From the NCBI GenBank assembly GCA_963765205.1, contig CAVXVB010000007.1, positions 356,901 to 420,900 of the forward strand: a stretch of DNA of 64,000 nt, given 5' to 3'. This document shows positions 34,403 to 45,278 of this stretch, in pieces. The stretch's first letter is position 1. Every line of letters starts with the position of its first letter. The translations under genes were made by a program, and so were the position numbers. Source of the DNA: an uncultured Verrucomicrobiae bacterium (lineage in GTDB: Bacteria > Verrucomicrobiota > Verrucomicrobiia > Opitutales > JABDGR01). The notes under the pieces were generated by a model. The model did not search any database and had not been told where the DNA came from. It was given only the letters and a program-made list of their open reading frames with translations.

Positions 34403-35161
34403 TTACGCCCCGTTCATGCGGGCCTTCATTTCGCGGACGGCTTCCGCGATGCCCGTGAACAGCGCGCGGGAGAGGATGCTGTGGCCGATGTTCAGCTCGT
34501 GCAGCCACGGGAGGGCGCGCACCTTGGCGATGTTGACGTAGTTGATGCCGTGGCCGGCGTTGACGGTCAGCCCGAGTTCGTGCCCGAACGTCGCGGCGCG
34601 GTGGAGCTTTTCCCATTCGGTGGCGCGGCCCGGCCCGTAATACGAATGCGCGAACGCGCCCGTGTGCAGCTCGACAAACGGGCTGCCGAGGTCGGCGGCG
34701 ATTTCCAGCGTCACCGGGTCGGGGTCAATGAACAAACTCGTCTTGATGCCCGCGCCCAGCAGCGCGCGCACCGTCTCCCCGACGCGCTCGCGCAGGCCGG
34801 CAACGTCCAGCCCGCCCTCGGTGGTGACCTCCTCGCGGTTTTCGGGCACGAGGCAGACAAAGTCCGGCTGGATGGCGTGGGCGAAGGCGACCATCTGCGG
34901 CGTGCAGGACATTTCGAGGTTGAGGCGCGTCTGCACGCATTCGCGCAGGCGGCGCACGTCGCCCTCCTGGATGTGGCGGCGGTCCTCGCGCAAATGCAGC
35001 GTGATGCCGTCCGCCCCCGCGCGCTCGGCGCACACGGCGAGGGCGACGGGGTCCGGCTCGACCATCTGGCCGCAGTCGCGTGCGAAATGGCGGTAGCGGG
35101 CCTGGCGCAGCGTGGCGGCGTGGTCAATGTTCAGACCGAGCAAAAGAGGCGGCGGGCGCAT
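34403..35161 (-). CDS. pdxJ: Pyridoxine 5'-phosphate synthase
   Basis: LGLNIDHAATLRQAR, HLREDRRHI, TTEGGL, NAGHG, ELNIGHSI. Confidence 0.96.
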   Translation of the reverse strand: MRPPPLLLGLNIDHAATLRQARYRHFARDCGQMVEPDPVALAVCAERAGADGITLHLREDRRHIQEGDVRRLRECVQTRLNLEMSCTPQMVAFAHAIQPDFVCLVPENREEVTTEGGLDVAGLRERVGETVRALLGAGIKTSLFIDPDPVTLEIAADLGSPFVELHTGAFAHSYYGPGRATEWEKLHRAATFGHELGLTVNAGHGINYVNIAKVRALPWLHELNIGHSILSRALFTGIAEAVREMKARMNGA

Positions 35162-35171
35162 GGAGGGCAAA

Positions 35172-35252
35172 AGTTTTCTAGTTTCTAGTTTTATCCAAAC
35201 CGCCTTTCGGTTCAATCAGTAACTAAGAACTAGAAACTATAAACTAGAGAAC
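35172..35252. repeat. Inverted (AACTAGA)n heptamer element
   Basis: agttttctagtttctagtttt ... aactaagaactagaaactataaactagagaact. Confidence 0.75.
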
Positions 35253-35708
35253 TTCTTCTTCCGGTAAAAGCGCCGGGCCGTGGCGCGTGTCCAGAAAGTC
35301 CTGGAGGATGATGGCGGCGGCGCGGGAGTCCACTTCCCCCGTGGCGCGGGCGGCGCGTTGGGCGGCGGGGGTGCGGCGCTTCGAGGGTTTCGCGCGGGTT
35401 TTGATTTGGGCTTCGTGCGTGGTCAGGCGTTCGTCGGTGCGGTGGACGGGCAGGCGGAAACGTTTTTCCAGTTCGGCGATGAAGGCGTCCACCTCGCGCG
35501 CTTTGAACCCGGCCGTGCCGTCCATGTTATAGGGGTAGCCAACGACGAGTTCGGTGATTTTGCGCGCGGCGATTTCGCGGGCGACCTGGGCGAAGCGGTC
35601 GGCGGGCTTTGGCGCAATCGCGGGCGGCAGCGGCAAAGCCAGCCCGAGTTCGTCGCCATAACTCAGGCCCCAGCGTTTGGCGCCGTAATCAAGGCCAAGG
35701 AAGGGCAT
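35244..35708 (-). CDS. ruvX: YqgF/RuvX pre-16S rRNA nuclease
   Basis: LGLDYGAKRWG, VVGYPYNMDG, DERLTT, VDSRAAAIILQDFL. Confidence 0.93.
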   Translation of the reverse strand: MPFLGLDYGAKRWGLSYGDELGLALPLPPAIAPKPADRFAQVAREIAARKITELVVGYPYNMDGTAGFKAREVDAFIAELEKRFRLPVHRTDERLTTHEAQIKTRAKPSKRRTPAAQRAARATGEVDSRAAAIILQDFLDTRHGPALLPEEEVL

Positions 35709-35713
35709 GGGGA

Positions 35714-35881
35714 AAGGATGAAGGATGAGAGATGAAGGATGAATCCGGCAACGCTGATTGCTGGATGTTTAATTATGAATAATTAACGAAATTCATGCGA
35801 GGACCAAGGCGAACTTCCTTAATGAAGATTCAGCATTCAGAATTATCCCGTTTCATCCTTCATCCCTCATCCTTCATCCTT
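35714..35881. repeat. Second nested (GGATGAA)n/(CTGAATG)n inverted heptamer element
   Basis: Same two-layer layout as 6803-7008, with a different core. Confidence 0.85.
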
Positions 35882-35886
35882 GCCTT

Positions 35887-36105
35887 TCACACCACCCACA
35901 TCTTGCCCTCATACAGCCACTTGTAGGTCTGGCCGCGGGTGCGGCTGCGGTAGGGGGTGCGTTTGAAGGTGATGAGGTGGCTGCTGGTCGAGCCTTTCAG
36001 TTCGACAATGTAGTCCTCGCTGGGCCACAGCTCCGCGTCGGGTAATTCGTGCGCGGCGGCGCGGATCTGCTTGATGTGCGGCAGGAATCGTTCGTGTTCG
36101 CTCAT
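35887..36105 (-). CDS. Hypothetical protein (72 aa)
   Basis: ATG start, host-like codon usage, fills the gap. Confidence 0.65.
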   Translation of the reverse strand: MSEHERFLPHIKQIRAAAHELPDAELWPSEDYIVELKGSTSSHLITFKRTPYRSRTRGQTYKWLYEGKMWVV

Positions 36106-36330
36106 GGGGACGGGATGAAGACAGGCTTACTTTGCAGTATTTCGCGGAAAATCGCACGCAAAATCAGCAGGCGAGTCATACGCCGCTTTCGACCCGCTCC
36201 CCTGCCCGGCAGGTTCCCCGTTAAAGACCCCAAGCCGCCACCCAAGGCATTCTACCCAGGCCGCCCCTATTATCTCGCATATGAGGTCTTTCACTTTGAC
36301 ATGGTGGCAATCTTGCGCCATCATCTCCGG

Positions 36331-36816
36331 ATGATCAAGCGGGTCTTTCTCATCGAAGACGAAGCCATGGTGCTCGACTTTTGCAGCGAGTATATCCGTA
36401 ATTTCACGGATATGGAAATCGTCGGCACCAGTGGCAACGGCCACGACGCCCTGCGCGGCGTCCTGGAAACCAAGCCGGAACTGGTGATCGTGGACATCCG
36501 CCTGCCCGAGGTCAACGGCCTGGAAATCCTCAGCATTCTCAAGCGCAAGCTCCCCGCGTGCAAAGTTCTCATCTTCACCGGCACCATCAACCCGCACACC
36601 GTGCGCACCGCCTTGCAGGGCGGCGTGGACGGCTTTGTGGAAAAGGCCGAGGGACTCCAGGGCCTGAAAAGCGGCCTCGAGGCCGTCCGGGAAAACAAGC
36701 GTTATTTCAGCCCCCACATCAAACGCATGATGGCCCCGTTCGAGGACGATTTAAGTTCCTCCGCACCATTCCGTCCAAAAGAAAATCCGAAACCCGCCGA
36801 AGAGGCCGGGCCGTAG
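36331..36816 (+). CDS. NarL-like response regulator receiver domain without an output HTH
   Basis: FLIEDE, VIVDIRLPEVNGLE, FT, K; ends in a low-complexity tail. Confidence 0.85.
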   Translation: MIKRVFLIEDEAMVLDFCSEYIRNFTDMEIVGTSGNGHDALRGVLETKPELVIVDIRLPEVNGLEILSILKRKLPACKVLIFTGTINPHTVRTALQGGVDGFVEKAEGLQGLKSGLEAVRENKRYFSPHIKRMMAPFEDDLSSSAPFRPKENPKPAEEAGP

Positions 36817-36894
36817 CCCCTCCCGCCCAGTTCCTGCCAAAGTGCGCTGAGCGCGCGGGCGCGTTTCGCGGGAAAAATCCGGATTGCAAGGCTC

Positions 36895-38374
36895 CTAATT
36901 AATCACCCCGGCGTCCGGTGCCGGAGTGGTGGTGGGAGGCGAGTTGTCCGGCGTTCCAGCGGGCTGGGAGTCAATGGTCGGCAGGGTGTCCCCAGGCGTT
37001 TCGGCGGGCGGCGTCGTTGGTTGCGGCGCGGAGTCCGGTGGCGGAGGCAGGGTGGCGTTGGCCGCCTCATCGGGTTCAGGGGCCGTTACGATATACGGGC
37101 CGGTCTGCGGAGCCGACTCCGGCGCAACGTCCTCGGCGGCTATGTTGGCCGTCGTGCCATCCCCGCCGGTGGAAAGGAGCTGGCTTTTAATCTCGGCGGG
37201 CATGTTCGCATTGATCCAATCCTGGGCGGTGGGCGGATCGTAATTTAACCACGCGTCCCCGAGTGCGGTCAGCTGGTCGCTGCGTCGGGTGGGATCCGTT
37301 ATCGCCATCGCCCAAGTCAACGATGTGGTGGGATCATGATAAAACAGGCCGTTCGTGAACGAAGTGATCGCGATGTCTTTCACCTCGCCGGCCGGTTGCT
37401 GGTTGATCCAGGCCGAGGCGGCCACGGCGTCACTGTTGACCCAGCGGCCCACCAACGCCGCGGCGGCAGCCTCCTCCGTGTCCGTGTCGGTGAAATTGCC
37501 AATCGCCAGCGCCGCCTTGGTCGGCTCCCACTGCGCCCACGAATCCACGACGTTGACCAGCGCCTCGTCGCGCTGGCGCGGGTCGCTCAACGCGGCCGCC
37601 CACTGCGACGCGGCCAGCGGATCCACCGCCGCCCATTGCAAAGCGAGGTTGTTGAAGGCGACGTTTTGCGTGTCGCCGGCCGGCAGGCTCTCGACGTAAT
37701 CCAGCGCGCCCTTGGCATCCTTTTGCACCCAATTGGCCAGCGCGGCCTGGAAGGCGGACGGATCCTGCGCATCCGTGTAATACTGCATCGCCCACGCGGT
37801 CGCGTCCGCCGGGTCGGCCTTGGACCAAGTATCCGCCAGCGCCTGCAAGCCCTGGGTGCGTTGGACGGGATTGACGTCTCGTGAGCAGCCATTGCGCGGC
37901 CGCCTTCCCGTCTTTTTTCGCCCAATCATCCAGCAGCGAGACGACCGTGTCCACCTTGCTGGCGTCCGACACCATGCCGTCCAACCAATCCGCCGCTGCG
38001 GCCGGGTCCATGTCGCACCAATCGGCGATGCCCGTTTTCATGCAGGCGAGCCGCTCCTTGCCCTCAAAATTATCCTCGCCCCACGTCATGGCCTCGTTGG
38101 GGTAGGCTTTGACCCACAGTTCGAACGCCGCGACCACCATTTCGAGCCGGTGCGGCCCGGCTGGCAGCTCCAAGGCGTCGAGCACGGCCGACTTCAATTC
38201 GGAGAAGCCCGGCCGCGGCGTGTCCGCGGCGGCACTGTCGCCCCGGCCCAGGACGCCGCCATGATTACCCGCCACCGCGGCATTATTGACCGTGTTGGCC
38301 CGGAAGAGCCACCACGCCAGAAAGGCCCAGAAGCCCAGCAAAGGCAGAAGGATAAAAATCAGGCGAGGCTTCAT
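36895..38374 (-). CDS. Membrane-anchored helical-repeat protein (W..DP..A..W repeats), frameshift near 37880
   Basis: N-terminal TM, repeated WxxxDPxAAxxW units across ORFs 37430..38401 and 36895..37929, Pro/Thr-rich tail. Confidence 0.75.
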
Positions 38375-38734
38375 CGGTGCGGGCACCCGGAGGGCGGTCA
38401 TGGCTTGTATCGAAAAGAACCGCCGCCCGGCAACGAGAATGTTGCGGGCGGCACTGGCCTATATCGCATACTAGAGGCAACCGCGCCCAACGGCAGGAGT
38501 TTCGCGCTTTTCACCCCCGCCGGGGCCAAATTTGCCCCCCATCCCGGCCCGCAGCCCGACCGCCTTCTCTCGATGGCAAGATTAGGCCTGGCTATTTTTT
38601 GCATTAACCCTCCTACTGCCAGCAAGTTGCGTGGGGGGCGGAAAAATAATTGTTGCAATTTCCCCCCGTTTTGGGTTTATTGGGAGCGTAAGCTTAAATG
38701 TGCTTACATTTGGGGTATAAAATAGAAAATAAGT

Positions 38735-38773
38735 GGCCGGCAACCTTAGGGGTAGGGTTGCCGGCCTTTTTTT
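38735..38773 (+). terminator. Rho-independent terminator-like hairpin
   Basis: GGCCGGCAACC(T)...GGTTGCCGGCC followed by T7. Confidence 0.7.
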
Positions 38774-39054
38774 GCCCAAATTTCAGGACGGGGAAGCGAC
38801 GTTGGTGCAGAAGACGGCTCTTTCTGACCGTATTTCGGGAAATTTTCGGAATTTACATATCACGATTAATTCAATATTATTATTCATATTCGTTCGGCAA
38901 ATTCCACCTCCTCCGGACAAGACAGCCGCCCCCGCTATTCCCGGGTGACGGCCGGTCTGACCGATGGTATGGGCTATCATGGGCCAGCCCCACCCCGGCC
39001 CGAGGTTGGGCTTGACCGGGGCAACCCCCCGCTGCTTCATGGGCGGGAGTCTTC

Positions 39055-41283
39055 ATGCCCAAAAACCGCCGCCAGAACCGGCCGCCGGCGCCAAGGCCGC
39101 CGCCGGCCGCGGCCCCAGTCCCCGGGCGCGTCCTGTGGCGCCGCGAGCTGGGCCTGGGTTTGGGGTTGGGTCTGCTCATTCTGGTTTTTTACGCCAATTC
39201 TTTTTCGGCCGGGCTGACGATTGACAATGGCGTGGTCATCGCCCAGGACGCGCGCCTGCACGCGTGGACGGCCGCCAACCTGCAACTCATTTTCACCAAG
39301 AATTACTGGTGGCCCGTCGAGAGCGATCTCTATCGGCCGCTCACGACCCTTAGCTACCTGTTCAATTACGCCGTCCTCGGCAGCGGCGAGCGGGTGGCCA
39401 GTTACCATCTGGTGAATCTGCTGCTGCATTGGATCAATGCCTGGTTGGTTCTGATCATCGTGCGGCGGCTGGGCGGCACACTCGCGGTGGCCGCGCTGGC
39501 GGCGGCCCTGTTTGCGGTGCATCCGGTCAACGTCGAGGCGGTCACCAATATCGTCGGGCGCGCGGATTTGCTGGCAACCTTGGGCATTCTCGCGGGTGGG
39601 TGGTGCTATGTGCGTGCGGCGGAAACGCCGGGCGCGCGGAAGTGGGCGTGGCGGGTGGGCGCGGCCGGGAGCGCGTGCCTCGGCGTGCTGGCCAAAGAAA
39701 GCGCAATCATGATCTGCGCCTTTGTGGTGCTTTATGATTGGGTGTGGCGCTGGCCGAAAATCCCCGGTCCCCACTGGCGCGCGCGTCTGCGGGCCGCGGC
39801 GCGGGAATGCGGCCCGGCGCTGGGTGTCGCGTTGGCGCCCGCCCTGTTGCTGTATGGCTGGATCCGTTACTGGTTCGTCAGCCATTCGCCCGTGCTGACC
39901 CAGAGTTTTGTGGACAATCCCATCGTCGGCGCGACGCCCGTCCAGGGTTTTCTGACGGCGATCAGTGTCCTTGGCCGCTATCTGGGCCTGCTTGTTTTTC
40001 CTCACAAACTTTCGGCGGATTATTCCTACCACCAAATTCCGCTTTATGGCGAAGCGGGCAACACGGCGGGTGATTTTTTGGCGTGGGCCTCGCTGGCGGC
40101 GGTGCTCGCGCTGCTTGGGGTCGCGTGGCGGTGGCGCGCACGCCAGCCGCTGCTGGCGTGGGGCATCCTGTTTTTCTTGGTGATGCAATTGCCCACCTCG
40201 AATCTCCTCGTGCTCATCGGCAGCATCATGGCCGAGCGGTTCCTCTATTTGCCTTCGATTGGTTTTTGCGTGGTGGCCGCACTGGCGCTTTGCGCGGTGG
40301 GCAAACTGCTCGCCGCCCGTCTGACTGCGTGGCCGGCGGCGCGCCGCAACCTCGCTGTGTGGACGTTGCCGGCGCTGGTGCTGGGCGCGTTGGGCCTGCG
40401 CACTTATGCGCGCAACGCCGACTGGCGCGACAACTCGACCGTCTGGAAAAGCGTCATCGCCGTCTGCCCGGAGAGTTTCAAAGGCTACAAGGGCTATGCC
40501 TCCGCGCTCTGGGACGACGGCGCGCGCGATGAGCCGGCTGTGGACGCCGCCATCGCCCAGGCGCAGACCAGCCTCGCCATTCTTGATCAAGTGGAAATTC
40601 CCGTCGAGCACCGGGACGAAACTGTGTTCGTCAACCTCGGCATCTATTATCAAATAAAGGGCAAGTTCCTCGCCGACCGCGGCCAGGCCGACGCGGCCCG
40701 CGTCTTTTACCAGAAAGCCGTGGACATGCTGGGCCGCGCCGTCGAAGTGGACCGCCACGTCAACCAGGCTTGGCACGACGCCTCGTTGCGCCGTGGCGTC
40801 CCTTCCAGCCAGATCAACGATATTGGGAATTTTCAACTCTACCTCCAGCTCGGCCGCGCCCAGATGGCCTTGCAGCACTGGGACGAGGCGGCGGCCGCAG
40901 GCCATTGGATTCAGCATATTCTGCCTGATGAATTGTCCGGCCCCCTGCTGGTGGGCGACGCGCTCGCCGGGGCGGGCCGCTGGAGCGCGGCCGCCGTGCC
41001 CTACCTCCAGGCCATCATGGTGAACCGGGAGGGCGACGAGGCCTGGCAGGGTCTGTTGCATTGTTATACGGCCTTGGGCCTCAATCCGCCGCCAGTGGTC
41101 AAGCAAGGGGATCATCATTACGATCTCTTTGATGACCTGCCGGCCGTGCGCCAGCAAATGAACGAGGCCGGCGTGGAACTCGTGAAATCATTCACCCAGC
41201 TCCAACGCGTGGACGACGCCCACGCCTTGCGTGACCGGCTGATCCGAGACTACAAGATTCCGGCGGAACTGTTTGCGGACTGA
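39055..41283 (+). CDS. TMTC-like (DUF1736) GT-C glycosyltransferase with C-terminal TPRs
   Basis: YRPLTTLSY, LFAVHPVNVEAVTNIVGRADLL, LAKESA, LSADY, MAERFLYLPS, RNADW. Confidence 0.85.
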   Translation: MPKNRRQNRPPAPRPPPAAAPVPGRVLWRRELGLGLGLGLLILVFYANSFSAGLTIDNGVVIAQDARLHAWTAANLQLIFTKNYWWPVESDLYRPLTTLSYLFNYAVLGSGERVASYHLVNLLLHWINAWLVLIIVRRLGGTLAVAALAAALFAVHPVNVEAVTNIVGRADLLATLGILAGGWCYVRAAETPGARKWAWRVGAAGSACLGVLAKESAIMICAFVVLYDWVWRWPKIPGPHWRARLRAAARECGPALGVALAPALLLYGWIRYWFVSHSPVLTQSFVDNPIVGATPVQGFLTAISVLGRYLGLLVFPHKLSADYSYHQIPLYGEAGNTAGDFLAWASLAAVLALLGVAWRWRARQPLLAWGILFFLVMQLPTSNLLVLIGSIMAERFLYLPSIGFCVVAALALCAVGKLLAARLTAWPAARRNLAVWTLPALVLGALGLRTYARNADWRDNSTVWKSVIAVCPESFKGYKGYASALWDDGARDEPAVDAAIAQAQTSLAILDQVEIPVEHRDETVFVNLGIYYQIKGKFLADRGQADAARVFYQKAVDMLGRAVEVDRHVNQAWHDASLRRGVPSSQINDIGNFQLYLQLGRAQMALQHWDEAAAAGHWIQHILPDELSGPLLVGDALAGAGRWSAAAVPYLQAIMVNREGDEAWQGLLHCYTALGLNPPPVVKQGDHHYDLFDDLPAVRQQMNEAGVELVKSFTQLQRVDDAHALRDRLIRDYKIPAELFAD

Positions 41284-41825
41284 AAGGTTGCGGTTGGACA
41301 TGTGTGTGAGGGGGGGGAATGGGCCGAAGGGGCAAAGGGACAAAGGGGATTTCACTTCGGAGACGCAGAGGGGCCTCCTCCCTATGAAAAATGAGCTTGG
41401 ATTGGGTTGGACTGGGTTGGACATGGGTGGGCTGAAAGATTTTGAAGAGGGGGAGGGGGGGAGGGGGGCAAATGAGCAAAGGAGCAAAGGATCAGAGGGC
41501 GAGTATCTGGTTGCAAAGAGGAGGGCTTTTGTTCGGCGAGAGTGTGGAGGTGGCAGCGACTGGGTGGGCGGGACAGGGTCAGCGTGAGTATAGACGAGGA
41601 ACGAAGGAAACGCCAATCGTCGGTTGGTTGCGTTGGGATGGTTGGTTGAGTTGGATAGGTTGGATGAGTTGGTTTTTGGGAGAATCGGTGACTTTCGCGT
41701 GGCCCGCAGCGCGGCAAATAGTGGGCGTGAGGATGGGACGAGTCTGCCTCACATTTCTTCGCCCGCCGTTCATCACCTAATCTAGCTCAAGTAATAAGGT
41801 GCAGCTTGAAACCTTTTCAGTCCTC

Positions 41826-43691
41826 CTATTGCTTGATCGTAACGGGCGGTGAGTCGGTCGCGGCATCCGCCGGAGTCGTGAGTACATGATGGGAAAAGTC
41901 GACCGCATGGGCCACACTGGCCGAGGCCTTGACAATATCCTCGATGATTTTGTCGCGATAGCCACCCAGGCCCGAAACCAGGAGGCCCACGCTGCCTGGT
42001 TCGCCATTTATAAACTGTTCCAGCGCGCCGTTGAGACCATTTATGGCATCTACCATCCGAGGGCTTCGATAATTGTCATTGGGACTGAGATCGGAGCTTG
42101 GAATGCCGGCGGGTCGCACCCTTGGCGCATCCGCGGGCACCGGCCCCACCACCAGCGGGTCAATCTCAGGATGCGTTTTCAAATAGGCAAAGGCCGCGGC
42201 CAGATCCGACTGCGCCTGATTCACTTCCGACTGGGCCTCTTCCACATATCCACCATGATTGGCCTTCGTTGCCACGATGAGAGCATCATAGGCCCTTTGT
42301 AAATTGCTTTGCGCGGCGTCCAAGCGCCCCTGCATCGTGCTTTGAAGCGCCGCGACTGCTGGCAGGTCCAGCGGCTCTGAATGGGCCGGCGACCAAAGGG
42401 CTTGGGTCGCGCCTGGCAGTGCTGGGATAAGTTGAGCGGGCAATCTTCGATTGCCTGACGGACTACTGCCAATTTGGCCAATTCCCGTGCGGCCACTGCC
42501 ATAGCCCATCCAGCCGACCCCCCAGAGGCTGCCGTCACGCTTGATCATCAGGCTGACCGCGTTTCCCCCAGAAATGGCGATTATGTCTCGGGTGAGCATC
42601 AGCACGGGCCGGTTTCGATCCGTTTTAGTGCCATCGCCCAGCTGTGCGTTGGCATTCCACCCCATCACCCAGAGGCTGCCATCATTTTTCAAAAACAAGC
42701 TATGATAGCCTCCCGCGGCGATGGCCGTCACATTTCCAGCGATGATTTGCACGGGCTGGTGGCGATTCGTCTTGGTGCCATCGCCGAGTTGGCCTTGACC
42801 ATTTGTACCCATCGCCCACAGGCTGCCGTCACGCTTGAGAAAAAGACTGTGGCCGGCACCGCCCGCGGGGATGGCGGTCACGTTTCCAGCCACAATTTGC
42901 ACTGGAGTATCCTGTTCTGCGTTGGTGCCGAGACCCAGCTGCCCGTTGTCGTTTTCACCCATGCCCCACAGGCTGCCGTCACTCTTGAGAAAAAGACTAT
43001 AACCCGATTGACCAGCAAGGCCGTAACCATCTCCTGTCGCAATCGCCTTCACCCCGGCGGGCATGATTTCCACCGGGGTGGGCTGATCCACCGTGGCCCC
43101 GATGCCCAGTTCCCCACTGTCGTTGGCGCCCATGCCCCACAGGCTGCCGTCGCTTTTGAGAAAAAGACTGTGGGATTCTGCCACGGCCATCGCCGTTACC
43201 CCGCTGGCGACAATTGGCACGGGCGTGAGTCGCTTGATGTTTGTGCCATCGCCCAACTGGCCTCGCTCGTTCAAGCCCATACCCCAGAGGCTGCCGTCGT
43301 CCTTGAGAAAAAGGCTGTTGCCGTCTCCTTCGGCGATGGCGGTGACATGGCCGGCGACAATTTTGACGGGTGAGTAACGATCTGTGGTGGTGCCGTCGCC
43401 CAATTGTCCATAACCATTCCAGCCCATTCCCCAGAGACTGCCGTCACTTTCGATAAACAAACAGGACCCTCCGCCCGCGGAAACAGCGATCACTTTGGGG
43501 GTAGTCTGCGTTGGCGGCAACTGGGGTGATGATTGCTTCGTCGCCAAACCATTTTCAACTGGGGACGACCCTGGTGCCTCGCTATTAACCGTTGCATTCT
43601 GACTCACCACAGGTGGAACGGTGGAACATGCCGTTAGCGCCAGCCCAGCCAAGGTAGCTATGAAGGTGAGAATATGGGCGTTTGAAGACAT
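41826..43691 (-). CDS. Lipoprotein with RCC1/BLIP-II repeats and a helical C-terminal domain
   Basis: LTAC lipobox; ~7 repeats of SLFLKxDGSLWGMGxNxxGQLGxGT. Confidence 0.88.
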   Translation of the reverse strand: MSSNAHILTFIATLAGLALTACSTVPPVVSQNATVNSEAPGSSPVENGLATKQSSPQLPPTQTTPKVIAVSAGGGSCLFIESDGSLWGMGWNGYGQLGDGTTTDRYSPVKIVAGHVTAIAEGDGNSLFLKDDGSLWGMGLNERGQLGDGTNIKRLTPVPIVASGVTAMAVAESHSLFLKSDGSLWGMGANDSGELGIGATVDQPTPVEIMPAGVKAIATGDGYGLAGQSGYSLFLKSDGSLWGMGENDNGQLGLGTNAEQDTPVQIVAGNVTAIPAGGAGHSLFLKRDGSLWAMGTNGQGQLGDGTKTNRHQPVQIIAGNVTAIAAGGYHSLFLKNDGSLWVMGWNANAQLGDGTKTDRNRPVLMLTRDIIAISGGNAVSLMIKRDGSLWGVGWMGYGSGRTGIGQIGSSPSGNRRLPAQLIPALPGATQALWSPAHSEPLDLPAVAALQSTMQGRLDAAQSNLQRAYDALIVATKANHGGYVEEAQSEVNQAQSDLAAAFAYLKTHPEIDPLVVGPVPADAPRVRPAGIPSSDLSPNDNYRSPRMVDAINGLNGALEQFINGEPGSVGLLVSGLGGYRDKIIEDIVKASASVAHAVDFSHHVLTTPADAATDSPPVTIKQ

Positions 43692-43779
43692 GGCTGGGGA
43701 AAAAGCATGAAGCTTTAGATGCCGTAGTCTTGCCCCTCGCCCAAGAACAAAATGGTGTTCTTCCGCGCAGCCATAAGAG

Positions 43780-44949
43780 TCAGAAGAGAAATTTGCGGCG
43801 GTAGGCCTGGATTTTGTAGTTGGGTTCGCGGCTGTAGAGTTGCTGCACGTCGTCGAAGCGGGTGAGGAGCCAGGGGATCATTTCGTTTTCGCCGTTTTTG
43901 GTGAAGACGAGGTTGTCGGCGATATACACGCAGGAATGATACGCGTTCCCCTGGGCATCGAGGAAAAAGAGCACGTCGCCAAAGGTGTAGGGCGGTTCCA
44001 CGGGCGTGTAATCGCTGAGCACGGCGCTGGTGGCGAGCTTGAGGTCGAGCAGGATGTTCTGGCGCGTGTAGTTGAAAAAGTTCAGCGAGGTCCAGTGGCA
44101 GTTGGGGGTCTGACCGGTGCGCTCAATGTCGGGCGAGGTGAAGGAATAGACGAGGGCGCGGGGCAGGGGCGGGAAGAGGTGCGTCAGGTCAAGGTTCGAG
44201 CCGCCGTCCACCTGCGCGGCGGCGTCGAGCATGGGGAGGGCGTCGGGCCGGTGGAAGTCGGCGCTCCAGTAGCGTTGCAGTGCGGCGAGGTCGTCGGTGC
44301 CGTCCACGCGCAGATCGGCGACGACGGCGCGCTGGCGGGTGAGGGCCCTGGCCCAGAGGCGCGCCTCGGTGTCGCTCGAGGCGTATTTGAAGACGAGGCG
44401 CAGGTCGCTGAAGAACAGGCCGCCGCCCTGGTGGTAAACGAGTTTGCGGATCAGCTCGACAACGTCCTTGGGGATGGGCGAGCCGCGCAGCCACTCGTCC
44501 ACGTTGCCGTCGGGGACGCAAAGGGGGTCGTGATAATAAGGGTTTTCATCATATTTGGCCAATTCCTGATAAAGGCCTTCGCGGTGGGCGGCGGTTAGGC
44601 CGAGGATGTCGGCCTCGGTGGGGAAAAGGGTGATGACGCCCTCGGCGTCGGGCTGGCTGCGCGGGTCGGCGGTGAGGCGGGTGAGGGCGGGCGCGTCGAG
44701 GCCGACGGTGGCGAGGAACGTTTTCACCCAGTCGAGATCGTGGCCCTTGAAGCACCAATCCGGCAGCGGGCTGGGCAGGGGAAAGTCGTCGATGATGCTG
44801 TCGGGGGCGGCGAGGTAGATGTAGTGGTAGGTGATGCGCCCCCAGGGGCCTGGCTGGCAGTGCAGGACGGCGCCATCCTGGCCGCGGGCGGGCGCGGCGG
44901 CCAAAAGGGCCAGCACGAGGAAAAGAGGCAAATACACGCGGCCGGGCAT
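43780..44949 (-). CDS. Secreted hypothetical protein, possible Cys-His peptidase-like C-terminus
   Basis: Signal peptide; PNCHW...GDVLFF...HSCVYIADNLVFTKNG. Confidence 0.7.
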   Translation of the reverse strand: MPGRVYLPLFLVLALLAAAPARGQDGAVLHCQPGPWGRITYHYIYLAAPDSIIDDFPLPSPLPDWCFKGHDLDWVKTFLATVGLDAPALTRLTADPRSQPDAEGVITLFPTEADILGLTAAHREGLYQELAKYDENPYYHDPLCVPDGNVDEWLRGSPIPKDVVELIRKLVYHQGGGLFFSDLRLVFKYASSDTEARLWARALTRQRAVVADLRVDGTDDLAALQRYWSADFHRPDALPMLDAAAQVDGGSNLDLTHLFPPLPRALVYSFTSPDIERTGQTPNCHWTSLNFFNYTRQNILLDLKLATSAVLSDYTPVEPPYTFGDVLFFLDAQGNAYHSCVYIADNLVFTKNGENEMIPWLLTRFDDVQQLYSREPNYKIQAYRRKFLF

Positions 44950-45278
44950 GAATGACAGGGGTTGGAATAGGTGGGCGGGCGTAATCCTGGGGTAACGTGG
45001 TAATAACGTTGCAAAACGTGAGGAAGTTGCAAAAGACTTTTGCCGCCAAATTAACATTATTTTCGCATTCCTCTTCGTTTTGACGGCGGCCAATTCGAAA
45101 GGAGACGCCGCCCCGGCCAAAAAGCCATGCACCGTGGCTGGGGTAAGTCATCCAGAATTTCGGGAACCGTTATTTGCATCCTTGCATCGTGGGGTTGAAT
45201 TTGTTTGGCTGGGTAAATTGCCCCTGGATTTGGAAATTCGGACAAGCCTTATCACCCCCCGTTCGGAAAGGTAACCCC

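Noticed and set aside
36331..36816. Response regulator lacking an HTH as a novelty
   Set aside because: Stand-alone receiver proteins are common
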